Shown piece by piece: positions 19,012 through 28,807 of a DNA stretch of 64,000 nt (the first letter of the stretch is position 1; the number at the start of each line of letters is the position of its first letter). Source of the stretch: Elusimicrobiota bacterium (GTDB taxonomy: Bacteria > Elusimicrobiota > Elusimicrobia > Elusimicrobiales > UBA9959); contig JACRER010000079.1 in the NCBI GenBank assembly GCA_016234365.1, forward strand, positions 15,154 to 79,153, read 5' to 3'. The position numbers and the translations under genes are program-made. The notes beneath the pieces are model-generated. The model saw nothing but the letters and a program-made list of their open reading frames with translations. It was not told where the DNA came from and did no database searches.

Positions 19012-19872
19012 ATGAGCAGAGAAAGAGACGCAGCCAATTACGCCTTAGTGTTTTTTGCCGTCCTTTCGGTCCTTCTGTTGTTGTTCCCCGCCGCCAAATT
19101 TGCCCACACCGCCCGCATAGCCGTCAGCTACAGCCTTTATCCCTCGCTGCATTACGGGGCCAAGTACGGCCATTTTGTCCGCAACGTCCCGTCCAACTTC
19201 GTCAAACTGCTCGAAACCGACCAGGAGACCCGGGCCCTCGAAGAGAAGGTCCGGGACCTGGAGGTGAAGTTGCGCAACGCCTCGGCCTCCGTGTCCGAGA
19301 ACGAACGCCTGACGCGCGAGATGCGCCTGGCGCGCTCGTTGCCGTGGACAGGCGCCTGGGCCCGCATCGTAAATAAAACCCCGGCCGACTGGTACGGTTC
19401 TTTTTATATAGACAAGGGTTCCGCGGACGGCATAGGCGTTAACGATACCGTGCTTGGTATGCAGGACGACCGGGCGGGGCTGGCCGGGCGGGTGTTCGAA
19501 GTCTATCCTAAATTCTCGAAAGTGCTGCTCCTGACCAACAGCGCCGCGTCCGCCGTCTGCGCCATAGAGCCCGGCGGGCTCGAGGCGCTGGTGGAGGGCA
19601 AGGGCACGTGGCTCCTTAAGATGAACTACGTGCCGGAAGAGGCCGCGCTGCAGCCCGGCGTGGAACTGGTGACCTCTCCCGGAGGCCTGCTGTTCCCGGC
19701 GGGCATCTACGTGGGCCAGGTGACCAAGGTCTACCCGCGCGAGTCTTTCATGAATTTCATCACCGCCGATATAGCGCCGGCGGTGGACGTTAACATGCTC
19801 AAAGAGGTTTTTGTCGTGCGCCGCAATATCCCGGGCGAGCTCGCCGGATCGCGGCTGGGGGCGGGGAAATGA
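19012..19872 (+). CDS. mreC: rod-shape-determining protein MreC
   Basis: N-terminal TM, coiled-coil (LEEKVRDLEVKL), beta-barrel domain GVNDTVLG...GRVFEV...SPGGLLFPAGIYVGQV. Position after mreB. Confidence 0.88.
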   Translation: MSRERDAANYALVFFAVLSVLLLLFPAAKFAHTARIAVSYSLYPSLHYGAKYGHFVRNVPSNFVKLLETDQETRALEEKVRDLEVKLRNASASVSENERLTREMRLARSLPWTGAWARIVNKTPADWYGSFYIDKGSADGIGVNDTVLGMQDDRAGLAGRVFEVYPKFSKVLLLTNSAASAVCAIEPGGLEALVEGKGTWLLKMNYVPEEAALQPGVELVTSPGGLLFPAGIYVGQVTKVYPRESFMNFITADIAPAVDVNMLKEVFVVRRNIPGELAGSRLGAGK

Positions 19873-20348
19873 GCTTCATAGGCGATATACTTCTTTACCT
19901 CGCTTCCGGCGCCGCCTACTGGTGGTGGACGCAGAACCTGGCCGTCTTCGGGCTGGCCCCGAACCTGATCTTCGCCGCCGCGCTTTCCGCCGCCATCCTG
20001 GCCGGCCCGGTCAAGGGCGTGGCCTGGGGTTTCTTCCTCGGGCTGTACGCCGACATGCTGGGGGCCAATATGTTCGGCGGCTACGCGCTGACGTACACGC
20101 TGATGGCTTACGCGGTGCATACCCTCAAACGCCATTTCGACATGGACAGCCTGTTCTCGCAGCTGGTGGCGGCGCTCGCGCTGTCGTGGGCCTGCATGTT
20201 CTTCTATCAGGGGCTGAGCCTGGCCTTCTCAAGGCTTAACCCGCTCGGGCTTAAAATTTTCCTCGCGGAGCCGTTCCTGAACGCGCTGGCTGTGCCGGTC
20301 GTGTTCCAGGTCTTCTACTGGCTCAAGCGGCGGGCCGGCTTGCTATGA
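19869..20348 (+). CDS. mreD: rod-shape-determining protein MreD
   Basis: 159-aa polytopic membrane ORF overlapping the mreC stop (ATGA). Position between mreC and mrdA. Confidence 0.8.
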   Translation: MSFIGDILLYLASGAAYWWWTQNLAVFGLAPNLIFAAALSAAILAGPVKGVAWGFFLGLYADMLGANMFGGYALTYTLMAYAVHTLKRHFDMDSLFSQLVAALALSWACMFFYQGLSLAFSRLNPLGLKIFLAEPFLNALAVPVVFQVFYWLKRRAGLL

Positions 20349-22201
20349 TAGACCGCCAGATACCGCAGGAACGCCTGGAACTGGTCTGGGTAATGGCCTA
20401 TTGCGCCGCTCTGCTGTTCCTGTTGCGCCTTGTGAACCTGCAGATCATAGGCGCCGCGCACTACCGCGAGATCGCCGAGAAGAACCGCACGCAGATCATA
20501 GGCCAGGCCGCCCCCCGCGGCCGCATCTTCTCTTCCGACGAGACCGCGATAGCCACCAGCAAGCCATCCTTCAGCCTCATCTATTTCCCCGGCCAGGTAA
20601 AGAACAACGCGGAGCTGGAGCGCATGGCCCGCGCCCTTACGCGGCCTCTCGGCGCGGACTACGAGGACCTGCGCGGCGTTATTTTCAAGGCCGCGGCGCG
20701 CGAGAAGCCGGTGCGCCTCGCAGAGAACCTGCCGCCCAAGGTGATGCTGGTCCTGTCCGAGCTCAAGGCTATCTATCCCGGCATCGACATCATCGTCGAG
20801 GCCCGGCGCTACTATCCTTTCGGGGCGTACCTCAGCCACCTGCTCGGCTACATCGGCAAGATGGATTCCCGCGACTGGGCCGCGCTTTCCAAAGACAAGA
20901 ATTATTCCATGGAGTCCCGCCTGGGCAAGGCCGGCCTGGAAAAGACCTATGAGAAGGAGCTGAAGGGCAAGGACGGCGGCATCTACCTGGAGGTGGACTC
21001 CCGCGGCAAGCTCAACCGCGTGCTGGAAAGCCGCAAATGGGTGCCCGGCGCCGACATCTTCCTGACCATAGACTCCAAGGCCCAGGCCGCCGCCGAAGAA
21101 GGTCTTAAAAAATCCGTCAGCGGCAAGGGGGCCGTGGTGGCCCTGGACCCGCGCGACGGCCGCATTATAGCTTTCGCTTCCGCCCCGGACTACGATCCCA
21201 ACATCTTCGTGCTTTCCGGGACCGAGCGCGAAGGCCTGCCCGCTGGCAAGATCCTGCCGGAATTCAACGTGGCGCTGCAGGGGTCTTATCCGCCCGGCTC
21301 CATCTTTAAGATAATCACCGCCGCCGCCATCCTTGAGTCCGGCCGCGTGCGCCCCGAAGAGCGCGTGGTCTGCCCGGGTTATTACGACGCCGGCAACCGC
21401 ATCTTCAAGTGCTGGGATAAGAAAGGCCACGGCAGCGTGGACTTCACCGAAGGCCTTTCCCATTCCTGCGACGTATATTTTTACGTGAATGGCCAGCGCG
21501 CGGGGCCGCTCAATATAGAACGCTACGCCCGGATGTTCCGCCTGGGCCAGACCTCCGGCATAGCGCTGCCCGAAGAGAAGCCGGGTAACGTCTTCGGCCC
21601 CAGCTCGCGCGCCGCCAAAAAAAGCTACTGGTTCATAGGCGACACCCTCAACCTGTCCATCGGGCAGGGCGAGACCCTGATGACGCCTATGCAGGCGGCC
21701 GGGGAAATAGCCGCGGTGGCCAACGGCGGAATATTCCACAGGCCCTTTTACGTGGACCGCATAGTGCGCAGCGACGGGGAGACGATCTTTAAGGGCGAGT
21801 CCGAGACGCTCAGCCGCGCCGAACTGAAGCCCGCTACCTGGGACCTTATCCGCGCCGGCCTGCATAGCGTCGTGGAGGAAGGCACCGGCAAGATAGCACG
21901 GATAGAGGGCGCCGACATTTACGGCAAGACCGGCACCGCGCAGAATCCGCAGGGCAAGGACCACGCGTGGTTCGTGGCCTACGCCACCGTCAACGGCGAG
22001 CCGTCCAAGATAGCCGTGGCGGTGCTGGTGGAGCACGGCGAACACGGGGCTTCGGCCGCGGCGCCCATAGCCAGGGACGTGATGGAGGCCGCGCTGCGCG
22101 AAGACCTTAAAAAAGCGCGGGCCGCCGCGCGCGAAAAGCTGGCTCCGGAAGTCCCGGCCGCCCTCCCGGCGGCGCCGCCCGCAGTAAAGGGGGCCCTGTG
22201 A
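20345..22201 (+). CDS. mrdA: penicillin-binding protein 2 (elongasome transpeptidase)
   Basis: ATGA overlap with mreD. Motifs SIFK (SxxK), SHSCDVYF, KTGTA. N-terminal TM. Confidence 0.93.
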   Translation: MIDRQIPQERLELVWVMAYCAALLFLLRLVNLQIIGAAHYREIAEKNRTQIIGQAAPRGRIFSSDETAIATSKPSFSLIYFPGQVKNNAELERMARALTRPLGADYEDLRGVIFKAAAREKPVRLAENLPPKVMLVLSELKAIYPGIDIIVEARRYYPFGAYLSHLLGYIGKMDSRDWAALSKDKNYSMESRLGKAGLEKTYEKELKGKDGGIYLEVDSRGKLNRVLESRKWVPGADIFLTIDSKAQAAAEEGLKKSVSGKGAVVALDPRDGRIIAFASAPDYDPNIFVLSGTEREGLPAGKILPEFNVALQGSYPPGSIFKIITAAAILESGRVRPEERVVCPGYYDAGNRIFKCWDKKGHGSVDFTEGLSHSCDVYFYVNGQRAGPLNIERYARMFRLGQTSGIALPEEKPGNVFGPSSRAAKKSYWFIGDTLNLSIGQGETLMTPMQAAGEIAAVANGGIFHRPFYVDRIVRSDGETIFKGESETLSRAELKPATWDLIRAGLHSVVEEGTGKIARIEGADIYGKTGTAQNPQGKDHAWFVAYATVNGEPSKIAVAVLVEHGEHGASAAAPIARDVMEAALREDLKKARAAAREKLAPEVPAALPAAPPAVKGAL

Positions 22202-23538
22202 TAACCGGCGCTTCCTCCGGGCTGAAGAAGAGCCGCATGGACTGGGTACTTTTGCTCGCCGTGCTGGCGCTGCTGGCCGTAGGCACGATAGCCGTTTTTT
22301 CTTCCGTGGCCGTGCTCCCCAGCCAGGCCCGCATCATCCGCACGCAGCTCATCGCCATCCCGTTCGGGCTCATCGCGTTCGCCATAGCGTGGAGCCTGAA
22401 CTACCAGATCTACCAGGACCAGTGGAAATACGTCTACGGTTTTTTGCTGGTGTTCCTGGCCGGGGTGCTCCTGTTCGGCGTGGTGGACAAGGGCGCGCGT
22501 TCCTGGTACCGCCTGCCGTTCTTCTCGGTGCAGCCGTCGGAATTCGCGCGCGTAGGCCTTATCCTGGCGCTGGCCAATTTCCTCGACAAACGCATAGGCA
22601 AGATCAAGGAACTGCAGACCGTGCTGGGCGCCTTCGCGCTCTGCCTGCCGGTCTTCTTCCTGCTGATCAAGCAGCCGGACTTCTCCGCCATCCTCATCAC
22701 CTTCCCGGTGGCGCTCATCATGCTGTTCGCCGCGGGCGCCAGCTTCTTCCACCTTTCTATCATCGTCGGTTACGCTTTCATCTCCGGGCTGTTCCCGGTG
22801 CTGTGGACCATCATTTCGCTGAACCCGGAACTTACGGACAGCGCGCTGGTAAGCTATTTCTTCCGGCTGTCCGACTCCTGGCTGGGCGCGCTGGGCTTTG
22901 TGGCGGTGGTGGCTGCCGGGGCCTGGGCGATGTGGCGGCTGTCGGTCAAGCTGTACGCCAACGTGACCGGGATCTATTTCGCCGGCGTAGCGCTGGTGCT
23001 GATCTTCGGCTTCTTCTCCGGCATGCTGGTGAAGAACCAGATGAAGGATTACCAGCAGAAGCGCCTGGAAGTGTTCCTGTCTCCGGAATCGGACCCGCGC
23101 GGCGCGGGCTACAACCTCCTGCAGGCGCGCATAGCTATCGGTTCCGGCGGTATCCTGGGCCGCGGCGTGTTCTCCGGAACGCAGTCGCGCCTGGGCTTCG
23201 TGCCGGAGCGGCACACGGACTTTATCCTGGCCGTGGTGGGAGAGGAGATGGGCTTCTGGGGGATGCTGCTGGTGATGGGTCTTTACGTGCTGGTGATGCG
23301 CCGCATCATGCAGGGGGCGCGCCTGGCGCGCGACCGGTTCGGCTACCTGGTGAATTGCGGCGTTTTCGCCATGTTCATGGTCTATTTCCTGATAAATTTC
23401 GGCATGCTGCTGGGGCTGGCCCCGGTGGCGGGGGTGCCGCTGCCGCTGCTGTCTTACGGCGGCTCCAACCTGGTGGCCACTATGGCCGCCGTGGGGATAG
23501 CCGAGTCGGTCTACGCGCGGAGGTACGCGCTGGTGTGA
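22198..23538 (+). CDS. rodA: SEDS-family peptidoglycan polymerase RodA
   Basis: GTGA overlap with mrdA. FSVQPSEFARV, FLSPESDPRGAGYNLLQARIAIGSGG, ERHTDFI, PLPLLSYGGS. The start is uncertain; an internal Met at MDWVLLL is possible. Confidence 0.9.
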   Translation: MITGASSGLKKSRMDWVLLLAVLALLAVGTIAVFSSVAVLPSQARIIRTQLIAIPFGLIAFAIAWSLNYQIYQDQWKYVYGFLLVFLAGVLLFGVVDKGARSWYRLPFFSVQPSEFARVGLILALANFLDKRIGKIKELQTVLGAFALCLPVFFLLIKQPDFSAILITFPVALIMLFAAGASFFHLSIIVGYAFISGLFPVLWTIISLNPELTDSALVSYFFRLSDSWLGALGFVAVVAAGAWAMWRLSVKLYANVTGIYFAGVALVLIFGFFSGMLVKNQMKDYQQKRLEVFLSPESDPRGAGYNLLQARIAIGSGGILGRGVFSGTQSRLGFVPERHTDFILAVVGEEMGFWGMLLVMGLYVLVMRRIMQGARLARDRFGYLVNCGVFAMFMVYFLINFGMLLGLAPVAGVPLPLLSYGGSNLVATMAAVGIAESVYARRYALV

Positions 23539-23539
23539 T

Positions 23540-24217
23540 ATGACGGAAGGCCCTAAGTCACGTATACGGCTCAAGTTCGCGCGCCTCGCGGCGGCGAAGG
23601 ACCTGAGCCACCTGGAGCAGATAAAGGCGCTGCGCGCGCGCGCCGCCGGCTGCGGCCTGAAGTTCTGGCCGGCCAAGGTGGGCGGCGCCTCGGTGCCGCG
23701 CATGGCTTTCGGACCGGCGGTTTCGGTGGGGCACGAGAGCCTCTGCGAGTACGGGGACCTTTACCTCGAGGAATTCGCGCAGGCGGCGGCCGCGCTGGAG
23801 CGCCTGCAGCCGCTGGACGACGATAAGTTCCGCCTGCTGTCGGCGCGGCGCATCCCGGTGTTCTTCCCGTCCATAGAGGCGGCGGTGAACGCGGCGGAGT
23901 ATTTCATGGAGGCCGAGTTCCCGGCGGCCTTCGCGCAGCCGGCGGTGGACGCGTTCATGGCGCTGAAGGAACTGCCGTACGAGAAAGTGAAGCCTTCGGG
24001 CGAGCGCAAGACGCTGGACGCGCGCGCCCCGGTGCTGTCCGCCTCCTTGGACCCGGCGGCGGGCCTCCTGAAGGTGACGCTGAAGCTGGTGCCGGGCGGC
24101 AACGTCAAGCCGGAGACGGTGGCGGAGCTGATGTGCGGCGGCAAGCCCGTTTTCAGGCGCATAGTGCGCAAAGAGCTGTACTGGTTCGATTCTAGCGGTA
24201 AATTGGAAGTATTCTGA
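23540..24217 (+). CDS. DUF2344 / TIGR03936-like (radical-SAM-linked) protein
   Basis: RIRLKFARLAAAKDLSHLEQIKALRARAA...PRMAFGPAVSVGHESLCEYGDLYLEE matches my memory of this family's pattern. The family is commonly next to rng. Confidence 0.5.
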   Translation: MTEGPKSRIRLKFARLAAAKDLSHLEQIKALRARAAGCGLKFWPAKVGGASVPRMAFGPAVSVGHESLCEYGDLYLEEFAQAAAALERLQPLDDDKFRLLSARRIPVFFPSIEAAVNAAEYFMEAEFPAAFAQPAVDAFMALKELPYEKVKPSGERKTLDARAPVLSASLDPAAGLLKVTLKLVPGGNVKPETVAELMCGGKPVFRRIVRKELYWFDSSGKLEVF

Positions 24218-24232
24218 GTTTAGGAGCTTAAC

Positions 24233-25678
24233 ATGGCAAACAAGATAAAGAAGGAAATTTTCGCGAACACCTCGTTCGAGGAGACGCGCATAGCGATCCT
24301 GGAGGGCGGCAAACTGAGCGAGCTGTTCTGGGAGCGCCGCAGTTCCGGCAACATCGTGGGCAACATCTACAAGGCCATAGTGGAGAACGTGCTGCCCGGC
24401 ATCTCCAGCGCGTTCATGAACATCGGCCTCGACAAGAACGCCTACATCTATATCTCCGATGTGCTGGATAACCAGAAGGAGCCCATAGACAAGCTCCTAA
24501 AGAAGGACCAGGAAGTTATGGTCCAGGTGACGAAGGACGCTATCAGCACTAAGGGCATGAAAGTGACGATGGACGTCTCGCTGCCCGGCCGCTACCTGGT
24601 GCTGACGCCGTTCCAGGATTTTGTGGGTGTGTCTAAAAGCATAGAGAACGACGCGGAGCGCAAGCGGCTCTCCGAGATCATGCGCAAGATAGCCGATTCC
24701 AAGATGCTCGGCACCAAGGGCTGCATAGTGCGCACCGAGGCGGAAGGGGCCAGCGAAGACGAGCTCAAACGGGAAGTGGAATACCTGCTCAAGATGTGGG
24801 ACTCCATCCAGGCCCGCTATGACGCCTCCCGCCCCCCGGCGCTGCTGCACAAGGATATGGATATGACCATGCAGGTGGCGCGGGACATACTCTCCGAGGA
24901 CACCACCATCTACATGCTCGACAATAAGGACGACTTCCACAACGTCCAGGAGCTGGCGGCCAAAATCTCCCCGGACCTGAAGGAGAAGATCAAGTTCTAC
25001 GAAAGTAAGACGCCGATTTTCAAGGCCTTCAATATCGAGAGAGAGATAGACGAACTGCGCCGCGTCAAAGTGCCGCTTCCCAACGGCGGCAGCATCATCA
25101 TCCAGGAGGCGGAGTCGCTGTGCGCCATCGACGTGAACACCGGCCGCTTCACCGGCAACAAGTCCCAGGAAGAGACCGTCACCGCCACCAACATCGAGGC
25201 GGCGGCCGAGGTGGCCCGCCAGCTGCGCCTGCGCAACATAGGCGGCATCATCGTCATAGACTTCATAGACATGAAGAAGGCCTCCAACCGCCACAAGGTG
25301 GTACAGGCGCTGGAAAACGCCGTCGCGGTGGACCGGGCCAAGATCCGCATTCTGCCCATCACCCGCCTGGGCCTGGTGGAAATGACGCGCGAACGCAAGC
25401 GCGTGAGCACCGTGAGCCTGCTGACCGAGGAATGCCCGGAGTGCCACGGTTCCGGCCGCGTGCTCTCCAGCGAGAGCATCCGCATCAAGATCCAGCGCGA
25501 GATCCACAACATCACGATGGGGCGCCCCGGCGGCAACCTGCGCATAGTGACGCACCCCATACTCGCCGAGGTGCTCAAGAAAAAGCTGACCATGATAGAG
25601 AAGAACGTGCACCGCGCCGTTAAGATAGCCTCCGACCCGCAGCTGACGTGGGAGGACTACCGGATCATCCTGGAGTAG
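24233..25678 (+). CDS. rng: ribonuclease G/E family endoribonuclease
   Basis: S1 domain GNIYKAIVENVLPGISSAFMNIGLDKNAYIYISD. DNase-I-like region AIDVNTGRF. Zn-link CPECHGSG. Confidence 0.92.
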   Translation: MANKIKKEIFANTSFEETRIAILEGGKLSELFWERRSSGNIVGNIYKAIVENVLPGISSAFMNIGLDKNAYIYISDVLDNQKEPIDKLLKKDQEVMVQVTKDAISTKGMKVTMDVSLPGRYLVLTPFQDFVGVSKSIENDAERKRLSEIMRKIADSKMLGTKGCIVRTEAEGASEDELKREVEYLLKMWDSIQARYDASRPPALLHKDMDMTMQVARDILSEDTTIYMLDNKDDFHNVQELAAKISPDLKEKIKFYESKTPIFKAFNIEREIDELRRVKVPLPNGGSIIIQEAESLCAIDVNTGRFTGNKSQEETVTATNIEAAAEVARQLRLRNIGGIIVIDFIDMKKASNRHKVVQALENAVAVDRAKIRILPITRLGLVEMTRERKRVSTVSLLTEECPECHGSGRVLSSESIRIKIQREIHNITMGRPGGNLRIVTHPILAEVLKKKLTMIEKNVHRAVKIASDPQLTWEDYRIILE

Positions 25679-25730
25679 CCGCCTGTTGCTTTACCCGGCG
25701 GCCAGTTGCTATAAATTGGAGATGGGGACT

Positions 25731-27281
25731 ATGCTAAAACGTTTATCCGTACTGTTGCTCCTGGGGGCGCTCTGCGCTCCGGCGCTCGCCCGCGTGGACG
25801 AGATCACGTACCAGAAGAACGGGGTCTACTCCGGCAAGATAGGGACCTACAGCCTTAACGGCACGGCCTACCTTAACGCTTCGGAGGCGGCCAAGCTCAT
25901 AGGCGGCAAGATCTACTGGTACCCGGTCTCGGGCAAGCTGATGATGCAGATCAAGGGCAACAAGGTAGTCTTCTTCATGAAGTCCGACTCGGTGCTTATC
26001 AACGACGAGAAGCAGGAGTTCCCCAACCCGATGATAGTGCGCGGCGGCAAGGCCTTCCTGGCGCTGGACTTCTTTATTTCCAAATACTTCGCCGAGGCTT
26101 TCGGCTTCAGGCTGGACTACAACAAGGCTACCGGCGCCCTCTCGGCGCAGCGCGACGTGAACATAACGTCGGTGAACTTCTTCTCCTACCAGGACAAGAC
26201 GCGCATAGTGGTGTACATGGAAGAGCCGCTGGAGCTGCAGACCACTCAGAAGGAGAACAACCTCTTTAAAGTCACCATCCTGGGCGGCGTGATAGCCGGA
26301 GAGGAAAAACTTAAGATCGGCGACGGGGCGGTGAAGGGCGTGGACCTGATCCAGGAGAACAAGATGGCCCGCCTGGTGATAGACCCCGACGATAATTTCG
26401 GCGGCGTCAACGTCTTCAAGCTGACGGACCCGGACCGCGTGGTCATAGATATAACCAAGCTCAAGAGTTCCATCCCGCAGTCCATAACCGGCGACGCCGC
26501 GGCCGCGGTGATCCCGCCGGCGCCGCCGGCCGGCATGGATACGGCCATTTCCACCTTATCGCCGGTAAACATCCCGGACAAGATGACCGTGGAGCGCTCC
26601 GGCCGCAAAATGGTGGTGGTGGACGCCGGGCACGGCGGCAAGGACGCCGGCGGGCGCAAGTTGTTCGGCCTCAAGGAAAAGGAAATGAACCTGGCGGTGG
26701 CCAAAGAACTCTACGACCTGCTCAAGGGTGAGGAATTGTTCGCCGTCACTATGACGCGCGATACCGACGATTTCGTGCCGCTGGCCGACCGCTCCGTGAT
26801 GGCGAACAACGCCAAGGCGGACCTGTTCGTTTCCATCCACGCCAACGCGTCGCGCGACCGGCGGGAAAAAGGCTTCGAGATCTATTTCATGTCGGAGAAG
26901 GCTTCCGACCCCTGGGCCGCCGAAGTGGCCGATTACGAAAACTCCGTGGTGGGCCTGGAGGACGGCGGCGGCCAGAACGATTCCGCGGCCATGCTGCTGC
27001 ACTCGATGGCGCGCAACGAGTACCTCAACGAGGGCGGCAAGCTGGCGGGCCTCATTACGGCCGAAATGGAAAAGAAGACGCCCTTCGTTAACCGTGGCGT
27101 AAAACAGGCCGCGTTCTACGTGCTGCGGGGCACTTACGCCCCCGGCGTGCTGGTGGAGATGGGGTTCATGACCAACTCTTCCGACGAGAAGAATCTTAAC
27201 GACAAGAAGGTGCGCGCCAAGGTGGCGAACGCCATCTTTAAGGGCATCAGGAAGTACGCGGAGAGCAAGCAGTGGAAATGA
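25731..27281 (+). CDS. N-acetylmuramoyl-L-alanine amidase with AMIN and N-terminal stalk-like domains
   Basis: ATG at 25731 gives the signal peptide MLKRLSVLLLLGALCAPALA. AMIN-like VNFFSYQDKTRIVVYMEEPLE. Amidase_3 VVVDAGHGGKDAG...SIHANA...FMTN. Confidence 0.9.
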   Translation: MLKRLSVLLLLGALCAPALARVDEITYQKNGVYSGKIGTYSLNGTAYLNASEAAKLIGGKIYWYPVSGKLMMQIKGNKVVFFMKSDSVLINDEKQEFPNPMIVRGGKAFLALDFFISKYFAEAFGFRLDYNKATGALSAQRDVNITSVNFFSYQDKTRIVVYMEEPLELQTTQKENNLFKVTILGGVIAGEEKLKIGDGAVKGVDLIQENKMARLVIDPDDNFGGVNVFKLTDPDRVVIDITKLKSSIPQSITGDAAAAVIPPAPPAGMDTAISTLSPVNIPDKMTVERSGRKMVVVDAGHGGKDAGGRKLFGLKEKEMNLAVAKELYDLLKGEELFAVTMTRDTDDFVPLADRSVMANNAKADLFVSIHANASRDRREKGFEIYFMSEKASDPWAAEVADYENSVVGLEDGGGQNDSAAMLLHSMARNEYLNEGGKLAGLITAEMEKKTPFVNRGVKQAAFYVLRGTYAPGVLVEMGFMTNSSDEKNLNDKKVRAKVANAIFKGIRKYAESKQWK

Positions 27282-27283
27282 CT

Positions 27284-27361
27284 GGGGACACACATTCCTA
27301 ACTTCCATGCGAAAAAAAACCGAACTATTTAAAAAGGCCGGAGTTAGGAATGTATGTCCCC
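27284..27361. repeat. 20-bp inverted repeat (19/20) enclosing the murI start codon
   Basis: GGGGACACACATTCCTAACT (27284-27303) pairs with AGTTAGGAATGTATGTCCCC (27342-27361). The 38-nt loop contains the ATG at 27307. Confidence 0.8.
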
Positions 27362-28161
27362 GGCCTTCTGAGCGCCCCATAGGCGTCTTCGATTCCGGAC
27401 TGGGCGGGCTGACCGTCTTCCGGGAGCTGCGCGCGCAGCTGCCGGGGGAGAACCTGGTCTACTTCGGCGACACCGCCCGCGTGCCGTACGGCACCAAGTC
27501 CGCCGAGGCCGTGCGGGCCTTCTCCCTGGAGATAACCGCTTTCCTGCTGAAGAAAAAGGTAAAGCTGCTGGTGGTGGCCTGCAATACCGCGTCCTCGCTG
27601 GCGCTGGACCAGATACGCGAACTTTCCCCGGTGCCGGTGCTGGGTGTGATCCTGCCCGGAGTGGAAGCCGCGCTGGCCGCCGCGCCGGCCGGCGGGAAGG
27701 TGCTGGTCACCGGCACGTCCGCCACCGTCAACAGCCGGGCCTATTCCAGGGCGCTGGCCGCCACCGGGGCGCGGGTGCGCGTGCTGGAGAAGGCTTGCCC
27801 TCTTTTTGTGCCCATCGTCGAAGAAGGCTGGTGCGACCGGCCGGTGGCCGAAGCCGTGGCCAGGGAGTATCTGTTGCCTTTCAGGAAGAAAAAGGTGGAC
27901 GCGCTGATACTGGGCTGCACGCATTACCCGCTGCTCAAGAAAATAATAGCGCGCGTGATGGGGCCGCGCGTGCGCATAGTGGATTCCGCGCACGCCGCCG
28001 CCGCCAGGGCGAGGCTGGACCTCGCGGAGCGCGGCCTGCTCAATTCCGGGCGGCTGGGCTGGTCGCAGTTCATAGTAAGCGACGCGCCCGAAAGATTTTC
28101 CGCCCTCGCAATGAAGCTTCTCGGGATAAAGACGGGAAAAGTCTCGGTCAAGCGGTTTTAA
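27307..28161 (+). CDS. murI: glutamate racemase
   Basis: IGVFDSGLGGLTV, VVACNTAS, ILGCTHYPLL. Only in-frame canonical start upstream of the conserved core. Confidence 0.92.
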   Translation: MRKKTELFKKAGVRNVCPRPSERPIGVFDSGLGGLTVFRELRAQLPGENLVYFGDTARVPYGTKSAEAVRAFSLEITAFLLKKKVKLLVVACNTASSLALDQIRELSPVPVLGVILPGVEAALAAAPAGGKVLVTGTSATVNSRAYSRALAATGARVRVLEKACPLFVPIVEEGWCDRPVAEAVAREYLLPFRKKKVDALILGCTHYPLLKKIIARVMGPRVRIVDSAHAAAARARLDLAERGLLNSGRLGWSQFIVSDAPERFSALAMKLLGIKTGKVSVKRF

Positions 28162-28171
28162 CGGAGGCCTT

Positions 28172-28708
28172 ATGAAAAAAACTTTACTAGCGTTGCTGCT
28201 TGCCGCCTGCGCCTGCCCGGCGTTGGCGCAGGCGCAGGGCCAGGCGGCGCAGCCGGACCAGGCCAAGGCGGAGTCGCAGCAGAAGAAGCGCGCCCCCAAA
28301 GCCGCCAAAGCGCAGGCCGAAAAAACTGCGGCCGTGGCCGCGCAGCCCGCGGCCCAGGCGCCCCAGGCCCAGCCCGCGCCCGTAAAGAGGCCCGCCGCGG
28401 CGGCGCCCAAACCGGCCGAGCAGGAGCCGGAAGAGTCCGTGGTGATGATAGATTCCAAAGGCGACCAGGAAGAGACGGGCAGGTTCTCCTCGGGCTCGGC
28501 CCGGGGCGAACAGGAAGAAGCCCCGGCCGCGCCGGGAGGGATGCCGTCCTCTTATGGCCAGTTGAAAGGCGTTATGAACGAGGCCGGCCGCACCCTGCTG
28601 GTGCTGGAAAGCCCCGACGACGGGACCATTACCTTTGTGCAGGTGACCGCCGGCCGCAACGGCGTTGCCTGGAAACTGGTGGACCGGATCCCCCGCAGCA
28701 TGGATTGA
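28172..28708 (+). CDS. secreted low-complexity (Ala/Gln/Pro/Lys-rich) protein
   Basis: SD GGAGG. Signal peptide MKKTLLALLLAACACPALA. Long AQP-rich spacer, then a small globular C-terminal domain. Confidence 0.6.
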   Translation: MKKTLLALLLAACACPALAQAQGQAAQPDQAKAESQQKKRAPKAAKAQAEKTAAVAAQPAAQAPQAQPAPVKRPAAAAPKPAEQEPEESVVMIDSKGDQEETGRFSSGSARGEQEEAPAAPGGMPSSYGQLKGVMNEAGRTLLVLESPDDGTITFVQVTAGRNGVAWKLVDRIPRSMD

Positions 28709-28727
28709 CGGGCCGCCCCGCTGAAAA

Positions 28728-28758
28728 GCCGGCGCTCCTGAAAAGGGCGCCGGTTTTT
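28728..28758 (+). terminator. intrinsic terminator
   Basis: CCGGCGC...GCGCCGG stem followed by TTTTT. Confidence 0.65.
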
Positions 28759-28807
28759 ATTTCCGGACCCCCGCCAAACTGCTAAAATATATTCAAGCGA
28801 GGTGTGT

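Noticed and set aside
20315-23703. Two reverse-strand ORFs of about 575 aa (20315-22045, 21979-23703) plus alternate-frame + ORFs (20401-20952, 22389-23543)
   Set aside because: They overlap mrdA and rodA, which carry SxxK/KTG and SEDS motifs. The alternatives are Arg/Pro/Gly-rich frames without motifs.
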